Positions 14,154 through 28,217 are shown, numbered from the stretch's first letter. The stretch: 64,000 bases of DNA from Paraspadella gotoi (GCA_051294375.1 CM119265.1:14670963-14734962); one strand, 5' to 3'. Notes: a model not told the origin generated them from the sequence alone. Numbers and translations are program-made.

Positions 14154-14874
14154 AAGTCTCTCTGTTGAGGGTTACTTCAAAACATTATACTTTCGTTTCA
14201 AAAATTTATCCAAGAGTTAATAATTTTAATAACTTTATTAATTACATTTTATAGGTATTTATCATAGGTACAAACATCAAAACGGGATCACTTACGTAAC
14301 AACTGATATTGGAAGCTAGGGCACTATTAAGGGGGGCGAAGGCAGGGGGCGTCAAAACGTCTTTTGTTACCGTTTCGGTCGGGTGATCTTCGCTCTCGTT
14401 TTTATACTTTTCGCTCTTCTTACCTTACCTTTTACTTACCATCGCTTATCTCTATTCAGATTTGACAAATGCGTCTGTTAACGCATTTTTCTGGTCTCGC
14501 CAACGACTTACCACTCGAGATAACATCTCGAGTTGACAGATTTCGTTTTTGTCTCGACGATCTGGTTGCGGTTAAGTTTTTGTGTAGAAACCACTAGTTG
14601 AACAAGAAAGACGACTAATTATCATCACAGACTAGCTTTTGATCAGGTTATTAATTTTAGTGTAGTATAGTATAACTTTTTAATATACAATAATTAAAAT
14701 TTTATGATAAAAAAGTTCTTTGGTTCGTCTCTGCGAAAATTTCTAAGAAGTACCTGCATCAATGAAGAGTAAAAATGATATTTATTTAAAATACAATTCT
14801 TCCTAGAAACTTCGTAAACCTCAGAGTTAAAAATCACCTTTTTATGAAAAAAAAATCACCCATTTACAGAACGA

Positions 14875-15070
14875 CGCCGTTTTGCATTTAAGCATCGGCA
14901 TTCAGCGCCACCACATCCGCGAACAACGTCACGTACGCGGCGCCGATTTCCGCTCAGCGACGCCGCTTTTTTCCGTTCAGTTTTCCGCTCCGCGGCGTCG
15001 ACGATTCTCCCCGCGCCACTTCCGGTTTCGACGCCAACGCGGAACGGCACGAAATAACGTCGCAATCAAT
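14875..15070. promoter_or_regulatory. CpG-rich promoter-like island, downstream gene not identified
   Basis: CpG-dense block with ETS-like CACTTCCGGT (about 15018) in AT-rich surroundings. Confidence 0.25.
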
Positions 15071-15649
15071 GGAGCGAACTCTTCTCGTTTGAATTATGAC
15101 GCGAAAATCGAAGTTTGATGCCATTGAGCTCTCGGGGGCGGAAACCAGGCACGGCGGGTCTCGAGCTATGCTTGCAAGATATATTAAAACTTTTGGTTTA
15201 AAGAATTTTCTTTCATGCAATGAGCACAATGCTATTTTGAAAAAAAAAAATTCTTATGATCACATAGGCGAAATAATGTAATGTAACCACTTATTATTAT
15301 TTATTCCAGTTAATAAGAATCGTTAAAATCATTACTTCTGTCTCAAACCAGACGTAACATCGTCGTCGCGCTTCCTGGTTCCACTTCTGTCACGTGACTC
15401 CTCGAGATATTCCACCGCCACAATAGAGTTAATGGCTGTGAACAACAGCAAAGGGATCCTCCTCAACATACTTCCCCTTACACTACCTTTCTCTTTCCCA
15501 CTACTTGCCCACACTTACCATGATTAGCCGCTTACTTTTAGTCACTTCTCACCACAAGTACTCCATCCTGTCTCAAAGAATCCATTATGATTGCCTGGAA
15601 ACTGGAAACCCGTCTACAGCTCATGATCACTCTGTACACCAGACAGTGC

Positions 15650-15720
15650 GCATCGGTAGTTCAGTGGTAGAATGCTTACTTGCTACGCGGGCGACCCGGG
15701 TTCGATTCCCAACCGATGCA
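15650..15720 (+). pseudogene. tRNA-Gly(GCC)-derived pseudogene, anticodon now GCT
   Basis: 71 nt: GCATCGGTAGTTCAGTGGTAGAATGCTTACTTGCTACGCGGGCGACCCGGGTTCGATTCCCAACCGATGCA. Acceptor stem GCATCGG/CCGATGC, D arm and B box (GGTTCGATTCC) are intact, and a T4 run follows at about 15730. The anticodon stem (CTTAC/GCGGG) and T stem (CCGGG/CCCAA) are broken relative to the conserved invertebrate tRNA-Gly-GCC. Confidence 0.88.
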
Positions 15721-16094
15721 GATACGTACTTTATTACTTTATATTAGAGCATTTATCCTAATCTAATCTATGATTACCACTTTTATCCGGTTTCAATAGG
15801 GACGATGTGAAGTTGTTATTATCCATCGAAAAGTTTCAGACTCAGTCAATGAACAGGTGAGTTCGACATCGCTTCTTGATTTTTATATCATTTTAGATTT
15901 TTCCTTGCCGGTTTTAACGAGATCGATTCTTGATTCTTTTTATCCTTACCATTCTCAGGAATGATTCTTGGCCGCTTTATTCTCAGTTGGCTAATTCTTC
16001 AACCTCTCCCTTTCTATTCGTTCCGTCCTCTTCTTCTCTTTACCTTTCTATTTTTTCCCCTTTTTCTCTCATCTCTATTCCTCAGTCCTCACCC

Positions 16095-16173
<79 letters not shown>

Positions 16174-16174
16174 A

Positions 16175-16205
<31 letters not shown>

Positions 16206-18003
16206 TTCTCGCAGTTTCCACTTTTTACTCAATTTAACAAAGAGTGGGAAAACCTTCCCATAAAAAATGGTCGAATGGATCATAACGACTCTGGGACGAC
16301 TACATTAACTCCATTAATGACTGAATGCCAGATTTCTTTCCAGCCACCTTTGGATTCTCGGATCTCTCTCTCTCTCTCTTCTCTCACTCTCTCTTCTCTC
16401 TCTCTTTCTCTCTCCATCTAATTCTAAAAAATACGGGTTGGTCGCTCTTATTGCTCTCTAACTTTGGATATCTTTATTTAATTTTTTTTTTTTTGCAATT
16501 ATTCTCCAGCACATCGTTTACAGAGCCTCTTTAAATATCATTTACTGTTTGTTCTGCATCGAGACTTAATATAATATTTTCTATTCATCCGCTCCACTTT
16601 TGTCCTTTGCAATTGAGCCCGAAATCTTTTTTTTATCTTTTTAATTTCATTGGTCTTTCCCGATTTGTTTCCTAAACGACACATACCCACCCTCCGCCGA
16701 CCCCGCCCCCTTATGATCCCCTCGGTTCCAGTTTCCATTCCGGATGCACCGAAGCGGAACCCAATTCTGGGAACTGGATGCCTTTTGTCCAATTTGCCTC
16801 GATTTGATCAGAAAAAAAANNNNNNNNNNNNNNNNNNNNNNNNNNNNNNNNNNNNNNNNNNNNNNNNNNNNNNNNNNNNNNNNNNNNNNNNNNNNNNNNN
16901 NNNNNNNNNNNNNNNNNNNNNNNNNNNNNNNNNNNNNNNNNNNNNNNNNNNNNNNNNNNNNNNNNNNNNNNNNNNNNNNNNNNNNNNNNNNNNNNNNNNN
17001 NNNNNNNNNNNNNNNNNNNNNNNNNNNNNNNNNNNNNNNNNNNNNNNNNNNNNNNNNNNNNNNNNNNNNNNNNNNNNNNNNNNNNNNNNNNNNNNNNNNN
17101 NNNNNNNNNNNNNNNNNNNNNNNNNNNNNNNNNNNNNNNNNNNNNNNNNNNNNNNNNNNNNNNNNNNNNNNNNNNNNNNNNNNNNNNNNNNNNNNNNNNN
17201 NNNNNNNNNNNNNNNNNNNNNNNNNNNNNNNNNNNNNNNNNNNNNNNNNNNNNNNNNNNNNNNNNNNNNNNNNNNNNNNNNNNNNNNNNNNNNNNNNNNN
17301 NNNNNNNNNNNNNNNNNNNNNNNNNNNNNNNNNNNNNNNNNNNNNNNNNNNNNNNNNNNNNNNNNNNNNNNNNNNNNNNNNNNNNNNNNNNNNNNNNNNN
17401 NNNNNNNNNNNNNNNNNNNNNNNNNNNNNNNNNNNNNNNNNNNNNNNNNNNNNNNNNNNNNNNNNNNNNNNNNNNNNNNNNNNNNNNNNNNNNNNNNNNN
17501 NNNNNNNNNNNNNNNNNNNNNNNNNNNNNNNNNNNNNNNNNNNNNNNNNNNNNNNNNNNNNNNNNNNNNNNNNNNNNNNNNNNNNNNNNNNNNNNNNNNN
17601 NNNNNNNNNNNNNNNNNNNNNNNNNNNNNNNNNNNNNNNNNNNNNNNNNNNNNNNNNNNNNNNNNNNNNNNNNNNNNNNNNNNNNNNNNNNNNNNNNNNN
17701 NNNNNNNNNNNNNNNNNNNNNNNCTAAGATTGTAAAAACAGTATACGTTGCTTAGTTTTGAAATAGTGCGGCAATAATTTTTAAATTGAATATTGTTCAC
17801 GTAATTGCCGTANNNNNNNNNNNNNNNNNNNNNNNNNNNNNNNNNNNNNNNNNNNNNNNNNNNNNNNNNNNNNNNNNNNNNNNNNNNNNNNNNNNNNNNN
17901 NNNNNNNNNNNNNNNNNNNNNNNNNNNNNNNNNNNNNNGGAGAGGCGGGAGGAGAGGGAAGGGAGAGGAGGAGAGAGAGAATGAGAAGTAGAAGAGAGAG
18001 AGG

Positions 18004-18036
<33 letters not shown>

Positions 18037-19056
18037 GAGGGAGAGGAGAGGAAGCGCGCGTAATTTCGCCTCCTCGCGAAAATTTTTGGAATAATGTTTC
18101 CGGAATTAAGGTGAAGAATCGAAACTGATTAAAATGGAGAAAATTCTTCGCCGACGCCGCCGACGCCGANNNNNNNNNNGCCGCCGACGCTGCCGCCAAC
18201 TCCGCCTGCAATGCCGCTAGCGAGTTACGAGAAAAAAAAATTGAGGAGAATTGTTGGTTTGGGTAATAATGACGAGAGATAGGAGAAAGAAGGAGAGAGG
18301 GAAAATGTTTTTGAATTCCGACAAACTCAAAGGCAAATGAAAAAGGCTTAGGATTTGTGAATGATCGTTAATCCAAGTATTTGCGGTCTTGGATGATGTG
18401 TACAAATTGCCGAAAACTTTAATACTAAAAGTCGCGTCTCTTCTCCGGTTTCCTCCTCTGTCATCGTCTGTGACCCTCTGTCATCTTCTGTCATCTTCCT
18501 TCATAGTTTTTATAAGTGATCAGCCGAGGACTAGGATACTTGTTGCAGCTTTTAGCGAACACGGGTGATGCTGCTTAGGTAGGTTTGGGTGATCAAGCAT
18601 GGGTGAGTGGGCATGGGTGATCAGGCAAGAGTGATCGAGCTCTCCCGCCGCAGACTTGCCTTAGATGTAGCAGCTTTGTGCAATTGCCAAAAAACTAGCC
18701 AAGCAGAAGAAGAGACTAATGCCGTCGGATTGCCGAGCGGGAGGGAGAAGGGGTGAAGGGGAGAAGGGGAGAAATGAAAAGGAGAGAGAGAGAGAGAGAT
18801 ATGTAGAGAGGAAGAGAGAGTTAGAGAGAGGGAGGGAAGAGAGTTCACCGGATCAAAGCGGAAAAAGCGAAAGAGTCAAAACTTTGGAACAATGAACATT
18901 GAACTACAATGCGATGGTAAAAGTTTGTCAAAGAATTTGAGGTTTTGTTGTGACGAATTAAATTCTCCATTCGAGCAAAAACCCGTGAACGAAATTTATT
19001 TCTCTGCTTAGCTCTTTCTTTTATTTTTTTCTTTTCTTTTCTTATCTTTCTTTTCT

Positions 19057-19137
<81 letters not shown>

Positions 19138-20105
19138 ATCTCTCTCACTACTACGAGGTTATTGAAGGAAGAAGAAAAATGCATTAAACATTAAATCTAT
19201 ATTCGCCGCTTTTTTTCGGACGGCGTCGACTTCTTTTTTCATTTTTTAACATGAATTTCCTTTTATATTTGAGTCTCGGATCTTTAATATAATCGTGGAT
19301 GGATTTTTTTTTTCTTATTTGAGTGTTGGGGGGGGGGAGTTGCGCTTGAGTGTGGGTGTGAGAGACTACGCAAGGGCTGAGATATATGAAAAAGTTAAGG
19401 TTGGGAATTTTTCCTTTTTTTAAATTTTCAAAATTTAAATTGGCAAATGAGTAGAAAATGAATCGAAAATGCAATAAAAAATGAGCACGCCAAATGATTT
19501 AGGTTCAAGTGTTTATCTTTAAGCCACATATTGTAATTTAACACATGGGTAAAAAAAAGTAACTCGCATCGAAAATAAAACCTCACTCTCTTCAATTTCT
19601 TCCCTATCAACGTCTCACCATTTCTCACGCAGCGACGACGACGACGACGACGACTACGACGACCAAAATCAAATTAAATTTCTTTCGAATTCCGCGGCGA
19701 AGATAAATATGAATAAAACCCGAAAGCGTGAAGGCGACCGGGAAGGAAGGGAGGGCGTGGGTGCCTGGCAAGGAGAGAAGGCGACAGTTCCTTTGTTCGT
19801 TCGTTTAATTAGTCAATCTCTCGTTCGTTTGTCAATCCGACCTGCTTGTTTTTGTGTCTCTTTAATCTATTTTTTATTTAGCTTGTTTGCTACGTCGTCT
19901 TATTTTTGTCTTGAAATTTTTACATATGAAATATTCTTTCCAAAAATTCCTCCTTTATTTCTCTCTCAGCTACTCCTTCTTTGATATATATAAGATTAAA
20001 AGAGTTCCGGACATACAGGAAATCATGACAGTCAAGTTTGTATGTACATTGTTAAAGGAACAGTTGAATAAATTGAATAATAAGAGGAAGAGAGAGAGAG
20101 AGAAG

Positions 20106-20153
<48 letters not shown>

Positions 20154-21392
20154 CGAGAGAGAGAGAGAGAGAGAAGAGAGAGAGAGGAGAGAAGAGGAGG
20201 AGATTTGTTTTTTTTTTTTTTCCACGTCGAAATACTTACCTTTACTACTCTTTTAACTTCACTTACTACTCCTTTTGTTCTAACTTTCCAACAAAGTGGG
20301 TTGATACTAATATCTTAACGCTTATACCGCACGGAAGATGTCGTTCCGCTCCACCCATATCCGCCATGCCTTTAAATTGGGGGTTCGAGAAAAAAATAAA
20401 GAAAAAAGAAAAAACCCTTTTTTTTATTGTTAACAGCGTGGCCATCCCGAAATTAATTTGCGAAAGAAAAGTCGGTGTGAGACAAGTTATGGGATGTATC
20501 GAATGTTATATTTTGTATGATTTTAAAAAAACAAGGAAAAAAGGGTGATGTTTGTGTGTTTTCTGGGGGAAATGTCTTTGTAAACTAACTGTTTCAGTGA
20601 CGTTCGGCAAGAGTAAGAAGAGGAGGAGAGAGAGAGAAGGGTGAGAGAGATGAGAGAGAGATGAGATCGAGAGAGATGAGGGAGAGAGATTGAGAGGAGA
20701 GGAGAGAGAGAGAGAGAATAGAGAGAGAGTCGGTTGCGTTTTGTCGCCATTAACCGAAAACTCTTCATCCTAGTCACCGGGAATTGAGTCTCCTCATGAA
20801 TCGGTGAATTTATTTTCTCTTCTTCCTCCGCTTTTTCTTTCTTCCTCTTCTCCTTCGAATTACCTTCTGAGTGACGCGAAACGAAAAAAAAAATTACAAT
20901 TTTCTCAAACCGCTCCCTCTCTCTCTCTCTGTCCGTCCCTCTCGCTCCGTCTCTCGTCATCTCTCCACTCACCGCCCACAAACAAATACCCTCCACCTCA
21001 TCTTTTGTTTCTCTTTCGTTCCGAGGGGGGGACGAGGGGGGGTGGCGGCGTTCGTTTCTTTAGCTCTCTTCTTCTTTCTCTCATCTTCTTCTTCTGCTCT
21101 CTCTTTCTTCTTCTCTTCTCTTCTCTCTTTCCTGTCTCTTCCTCCCTCTTCTCTACTTCCTTGTTTCTCTTCTTCTTCTTTCCCTCTCTTTTCTTCTTTC
21201 TCTGTTTCTCTTCTTCTCTCTCTTTTTCCGGATTTTTGATTCCCCNNNNNNNNNNNNNNNNNNNNNNNNNATTTTTTTGATCCCCTTAATCTCCCATAAA
21301 CCCCCTCCTGCCTTTCCGCTATGTTTTTTGCAGGCATGATGTGACATATTCGCGCCTTCGTTCTGCTCCTTCTCTCTCTCTCTCTCTCTCCT

Positions 21393-21426
<34 letters not shown>

Positions 21427-24400
21427 TCTCTCCTCTGCTCTCTCTCCTCTCTCTCCGCATCTTGCTCCCAATCTTTTCCCTCCCCAACCCCTCGAGTGAT
21501 CAAATTCAAGTTGCTCTCGACGCACGACTTGGCACCCATGCACGGTCTCTTTGCTGCCTAACACCCATGCCAGCGGCTTTTCTCCATCGTCGACGACGAC
21601 GACGACGACGACGACGAGGAAGAAAATTCATTTTGCCTAATTTCCTCCGCTGCCTGTAAAAACACAAAAGAGCAACGCCGGAGCCGCTTCCGCCGCCGCC
21701 GCTGCCGCTGCCGCCGCCGCCTGGAGCTCGAACCGTCGGCGCTAATTGAGGGCGTTGGAGCGGAGTTGAGGCGAGCGGCGCTGGAGTGAGTCTGGAGCCT
21801 GTTGGAGTGGAATGGGTGGACTGAGGCGAAGACCGGCGGCTTCGATGGAGCGTCGACGTTCGTCGTCGTCGTCGTCGTCGTCGTAGTTTCCGGAGGAGTG
21901 ACCGGAAAGACGAAACGCTCGAGCGTCAGGTGCGTGCGAGGTTTAGAGGTGCGATAGTGTGAAAACGGAGATGGTTCGTGAGATGGTGAGGATAACATCA
22001 CGCGAAATTCGCTCTCGAGTGCTGATGTGCGATCGATCGAGTGATCGTGAGTGATTGTGAAGGTTTGACTGAGGTCGTAACTTCTTTCACGCTATCATTA
22101 TTCCCGGGTTTCAATATTAAAAAAATGTTATCGATAATCTTCTCCCAACAAATTCACAAGAATTCACGAACTGGATTCGTCGATTCACAAAAAGTCGATA
22201 CGCAAAGTTTATTCACAAAAAAAAAAAATCGATTCGCGAAAGTCGATTCGACTCGAAACGCGACTAAAAAAAAAAAAAAAAAAAAATATCGGAAAAAAAT
22301 ATCTAAACCCGCGTTGACAGGTTATTTCTTTTTCAGAAGTCGACATTGCGGAAAAATAATGGATTTTTAGAGAACAAAAACACATCTGCGTTTATAGNNN
22401 NNNNNNNNNNNNNNNNNNNNNNNNNNNNNNNNNNNNNNNNNNNNNNNNNNNNNNNNNNNNNNNNNNNNNNNNNNNNNNNNNNNNNNNNNNNNNNNNNNNN
22501 NNNNNNNNNNNNNNNNNNNNNNNNNNNNNNNNNNNNNNNNNNNNNNNNNNNNNNNNNNNNNNNNNNNNNNNNNNNNNNNNNNNNNNNNNNNNNNNNNNNN
22601 NNNGCACTCCCCTCCCCACCCCCCGATGTACTCGATCAACTTTTTTTTAAACATTCCCACAAACTTACCGTCCGACGCAAGTAAGCTTATGGAGAAAAAG
22701 TGGATTTAAGAAGTTCTATGGATTTAAATATTTAAACAAGCTACGTAAATTTATAAATTTATAACGATTTTCGCTGTGATACGTACTTAAAAAAAAAGAG
22801 CGACATTTCGCACCCTTCGCCTTAAAAAAAAAAAGAGCGACATTTCGCACCCTTTGCCTTAAAAAAAGAAAAAGAAAGAAAAGAAAAATAAAATCGGAAA
22901 AAATCGGAGGCGTTTGGTTATGATTCAATCCTCAGAAATATGGAAGCCAGAAAACTTTTGCATGAATGCCTCTCACATCCAAGTTTTTGCTTCTGGTGAA
23001 AATAAAAGTTAAGAGAAAAATAAGAGAAAAAAAGACTCGACTTGTGCTTTTTTCGGTGCGAGGATCTAGAGGGGGATAGAAAGAAAGAAAGAAAGAAANN
23101 NNNNNNNNNNNNNNNNNNNNNNNNNNNNNNNNNNNNNNNNNNNNNNNNNNNNNNNNNNNNNNNNNNNNNNNNNNNNNNNNNNNNNNNNNNNNNNNNNNNN
23201 NNNNNNNNNNNNNNNNNNNNNNNNNNNNNNNNNNNNNNNNNNNNNNNNNNNNNNNNNNNNNNNNNNNNNNNNNNNNNNNNNNNNNNNNNNNNNNNNNNNN
23301 NNNNNNNNNNNNNNNNNNNNNNNNNNNNNNNNNNNNNNNNNNNNNNNNNNNNNNNNNNNNNNNNNNNNNNNNNNNNNNNNNNNNNNNNNNNNNNNNNNNN
23401 NNNNNNNNNNNNNNNNNNNNNNNNNNNNNNGGAATATGCGCATTTGTCGGCCATTTTGAATCTCGCGAGGACGAGGCGGAAGGAGGAAAGGGAACCCGAC
23501 GCTGGGGACCCATAGCGCCGTCGCGCGCGCACCTCACGAATACAACGGAGAACAAAAGAGCAATTGGAGAAAAGCTTTCTCGCTGAGAATAGGGAAAAGG
23601 GAAAAAANNNNNNNNNNNNNNNNNNNNNNNNNNNNNNNNNNNNNNNNNNNNNNNNNNNNNNNNNNNNNNNNNNNNNNNNNNNNNNNNNNNNNNNNNNNNN
23701 NNNNNNNNNNNNNNNNNNNNNNNNNNNNNNNNNNNNNNNNNNNNNNNNNNNNNNNNNNNNNNNNNNNNNNNNNNNNNNNNNNNNNNNNNNNNNNNNNNNN
23801 NNNNNNNTAGATTGCTCCAATCTGAGAGAGTTTGTAGAACATCGCGATGAAAGTAATGCCAATGGTAAAACATGTCAACATGTCAACATGTAAGCATGTC
23901 AACATGTAAACATTTAACAAAAATTTAAAGAAAAGACAGTCGAAGGCAGAAATTGAATCTTTTTATTGATTTTTGTGCTGACAAGTGAAAAACTTTATGA
24001 GGATTCGAAATTGCAGGATAGAAAGATATAGGAAGGTGAAGTGGGGGATAGAGGGGTGTGAAGCGAGGGATGTGGAAGGATGGTGAATCGAAAATTGGAG
24101 AGGCGAGAAACGGGGTCTTAGATTCAAACCTTTGCTTATGGAAAAGAAAATCCACACTTGATGGAAAAGAAATACGTAAGAACCAAATAAACACGACAAG
24201 AAAAAAACCCAATAAGTCTCTCTCTCNNNNNNNNNNNNNNNNNNNNNNNNNNNNNNNNNNNNNNNNNNNNNNNNNNNNNNNNNNNNNNNNNNNNNNNNNN
24301 NNNNNNNNNNNNNNNNNNNNNNNNNNNNNNNNNNNNNNNNNNNNNNNNNNNNNNNNNNNNNNNNNNNNNNNNNNNNNNNNNNNNNNNNNNNNNNNNNNNN

Positions 24401-27400
24401 NNNNNNNNNNNNNNGTTTCCAGAATTATATTTCTCGAAGATCGACTGATAATCACTCGAAGATCTCATCTAATCATTATTTAAAATCTTCTCAATATGAA
24501 TATTTGTGTTTTGAGCGTAACAATTTATACACCTTCCTATAAAATAAAAACTATTACAAAATTGTCAATACCTAAACTTTATATAAACTTTATAATCCAG
24601 AAGAAGTTTTTGAAAAAATCAATCGAGCGGTATTTTTTCGCAGCTGCTTATCGCATTTTCAAAATATTCCAATTTCTACAGACAATTGTCCTGATGGCAA
24701 CGACGACTGCAACAAAAATGACAATAACGACCAAACGACAACAAAAACGACAACAACAACAACGAGGACGTCAACGCTGCCGGCTCCGTTTCGACCCTTT
24801 AACCTCGATTCATCATCATCTCATTGTCTCTGTCTCCCTCTTTCTCTCTCAACCCGGAAAAAAGAGAGAAACGGAACAGATATACGTAAAAGGATTAAAA
24901 GGAGGCGATAGAAAAAAGAAAGAAAGNNNNNNNNNNNNNNNNNNNNNNNNNNNNNNNNNNNNNNNNNNNNNNNNNNNNNNNNNNNNNNNNNNNNNNNNNN
25001 NNNNNNNNNNNNNNNNNNNNNNNNNNNNNNNNNNNNAAAACCCGAGTCGGTTTCCCATCGATTAACTCGGTTCCATCGAATCGCGCGTACATTTTGACCG
25101 AGATTTCCGGGGTTTTCTATTTTGGGGGTCTCTCTCTCTCTCTCTCTCTCNNNNNNNNNNNNNNNNNNNNNNNNNNNNNNNNNNNNNNNNNNNNNNNNNN
25201 NNNNNNNNNNNNNNNNNNNNNNNNNNNNNNNNNNNNNNNNNNNNNNNNNNNNNNNNNNNNNNNNNNNNNNNNNNNNNNNNNNNNNNNNNNNNNNNNNNNN
25301 NNNNGAATCTCTCGGCGTCCAAAAGTCAAAAGTCACGTGAACAAAAAGACAAAGTCACGTGAGCAAAACATTCACGAGAACGAAAGCCCCGTGAGCGATT
25401 TTAAAGTGATTAGTTTTTCTCTCCTATTTTCTTTTTGAAAAAAAAAAAGAAGTAGAAATGTAAAGATAAAGCAGAAAAAGTAAAAAAGGAAAAGAAAGAG
25501 AAAAGATGGAAAATAAAGAAAAAATGGAAATCGGAGGTTCGTCGGCTCATAACGAGCAGAGAATCGTAACCATGATTCACGCTCCATCGGGGTCGCCCCG
25601 GGAGAAGCAAGTGGTGAAGTGAGGGGGGGTGTTGTCACCCTCAGCTCTAAACCCCCCTCTCCCCCCCCGGGGCCGCCCTTAACCTCCACATCCAAACTTT
25701 CCCCTCGGCCCTGTTTAATGCGGCGTGAGGCTTCTCTTGCCTTCTCCCGCGATCCAATCGCCTCTTTTTCCCTCTTTTTTCTTATTCTCCCATTTTCCCT
25801 TTTTCGTCTCCCCAGCCTTTTATACTTCGCTGCTTCTTCTATTTTCCCATCGTTATTATCTTTTCAATATCATCTTTCTAACTCTGCACTGCGTCGTAGT
25901 TTCTTTCTAATTTTATCTTTTTGACGGAGAAAGTATAAACGTATCATACCTCTTTTAACAATGTTTTTTGTCTTTTCCCATTTTCTATTTTCTTCTTTAA
26001 ATTTCCCACCCAGAACCCGAACGTTACTCGCCATCAGGCGATTCTATGGTGCAAAGGAAAATGACCATGAGATATGCCTGCTATTCTCTTTCTCTCTCAC
26101 TTTCTCTCTNNNNNNNNNNNNNNNNNNNNNNNNNNNNNNNNNNNNNNNNNNNNNNNNNNNNNNNNNNNNNNNNNNNNNNNNNNNNNNNNNNNNNNNNNNN
26201 NNNNNNNNNNNNNNNNNNNNNNNNNNNNNNNNNNNNNNNNNNNNNNNNNNNNNNNNNNNNNNNNNNNNNNNNNNNNNNNNNNNNNNNNNNNNNNNNNNNN
26301 NNNNNNNNNNNNNNNNNNNNNNNNNNNNNNNNNNNNNNNNNNNNNNNNNNNNNNGTTTTTTGAACCCGATAAAAAGAGTCAGTGAAAAAAATGGGAGAGG
26401 ATGAGAGGTGAGTGTAGAACGAGAAAAAAAGATCGATGGGGGAGAAAAAGAATGAAGAAAAATATAATGTATATATAGTAACTAACAAACATTTCAAGAT
26501 ATACAAATAATGACAAAAGGACATATGAACGAATGGAGTAGTTAATTGTTAAATGAAAAAAAAAATGTGGGTTCTGGAATTAAGCTGCCTCGCAGGACAC
26601 ATTTTGGAAAATGGTTTTTGACCCGCTTTCAATGACATTGATTGTCGGATCATTCTCCTTCATCAAAATCTCTCGTCGAGTTGCGAGTTAATTAAATCTA
26701 AGGAAAAACTGAGATGGAGATTGAAGATCGAAGACAACCGATTGAGCTGAAGGAAGTTTGGAGAAAAAACATTAATACACCATTAGAGAATATGAAGAAA
26801 TACAACGTGGAAAAACAATTCTCGACCCGGCAATTGAAAAAGCTGAGATCGTCAGTGCTTAAAAATATACTTTAAAATATTCACTGTAAGGAAGGTTCGG
26901 GATTTGAAGAAATGCTGTACAACTGTGTAGGTAAGGCGGGCCAAAATTGAACACTTTTTTATAAACTTCTAATTCTCCTCAAAAAAAATTTCTTTTTTCA
27001 TTACCATTACTAAATCGATTTTCAATGCTAATTTTTTGAATTAGTTCATTGGGTTGTTGGCCACCTGAAAGCTTTTAAATATTACTATTAATATATAACA
27101 AAATGACAAAAAAAATTTTTTAAAAAAATTGATTTTTTTAAGAACGAGATTCTTAATAAGCTTAGAAAAGTTAAACATGAAAGTTAATTACTAACAATTT
27201 TTCAAAAAATTTTGACTCAAGAAATTGGTTAAAAACAAAAAAAACGTTAAAAAAATCATCATCATCATCATCATTAGGCTGAATTCTTAGAGTTTTTTAA
27301 AATTTTTGATCATAAAACAAAAAATTAAAAATTTGTATTAATCAACCTTTATCTAACTTCTTAAAGCTCTTCAGAATCTATCAAAAAAAATATTAAAATC

Positions 27401-28217
27401 AAAAAAAATTTTAACTTTATATAGTATAAAATAAATCTTTAAAGGCTTTCCGTGCGCTATTAATGACAATAATTTTTTAAAAATAATTTTTATTTTCCAT
27501 ATTACTCCTAAGCAGTCACTTTACCATTATTTATTTGAGAGAACTTCTAGTATTTCAACCTGTTCCGCGCCTGTGTAGTGTGTACAGGTCTGAAAAATTA
27601 ACCCATATTTCGCAAAGACAGCGAAGATTGAAGGCCCGAAACCACACATCTCCGGTCACAACGTCGCGTCTCACGGCTTCGTCGTTTCCGTGGTCAACTT
27701 AAACTTTTTTTCACGGAAGCGTTCAGTTCACCGCCTCCTCGTTTCACGCTTCCTCGGTCCCTCGGCACGTCAAGCGTCCCAGTCGGGAACGGAGACGGTA
27801 CGAGTCGCGCCACCCACAGCAGTCCTCGTCCTCGCCTCGCCTTCCCATCCGCCCCCCCCACCCTCCGATACATCGATTTCGATCATCTTCGTCCGAGTTC
27901 ACAAATCCAATTCCGCAAAACGCGTCCCGGTGAAAAATCGCGGGAAACTCGACTTTTCACGGAGTTGAACTCGAATAATAAATTTTTAATACAAATCGCG
28001 TTCTTTTTTTTTTTTTTATAAAAAATCTCCCCATCAGCAATCCCCTACCCTCCACTCCAGCCCGCCCCCCCCCCCGAAGCCGTAATTCTTTTTTTTTGTT
28101 TTCGATATCAGATTTTTATGACGCCCAAAAATTTTTATGACGCGAGTCGATTCGTCGCTCAGACCAAAAATAAAAAACAAAAGAAAAAGAAAATCTCGAC
28201 GGGGGAAAAACGTAGGT

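Larger units (their letters stand above)
5377..14773. repeat. Giant inverted repeat, arms about 5377-10120 and 10275-14773, (GA)n spacer; probable fold-back artefact
   Basis: The arms are reverse complements along their length. For example, the same spurious ORF MEGGNPPRRTISFRLK occurs at 9340+ and 11054-. The repeat starts immediately after a 25-N gap and the arms differ by scattered 1-2 nt indels. Confidence 0.95.

Noticed and set aside
5377-14773. Foldback or TIR transposon, or linear-replicon hairpin end
   Set aside because: No transposase, no target-site duplication, a boundary that coincides with a 25-N gap, and read-error-like differences between the arms.
15650-15720. Functional tRNA-Ser(GCT) or recoding tRNA
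   Set aside because: The body is tRNA-Gly, there is no long variable arm, and the anticodon and T stems are disrupted.
18600-18740. Signal-peptide-like minus-strand stretch ending in CYI, reminiscent of an oxytocin/vasopressin precursor
   Set aside because: A stop follows CYI immediately, and there is no CPxG-GKR or neurophysin domain.
21558-22001. 147-aa minus-strand ORF as a gene
   Set aside because: Low complexity, driven by (GAC)n and (GCC)n runs, with no recognisable domain or clear exon partners. It cannot be excluded but is unsupported.
26580-27620. AT-rich block as a non-autonomous DNA transposon
   Set aside because: It shares only about 11 nt (AAGCTGCCTC) with 38099, and I found no convincing terminal inverted repeat.
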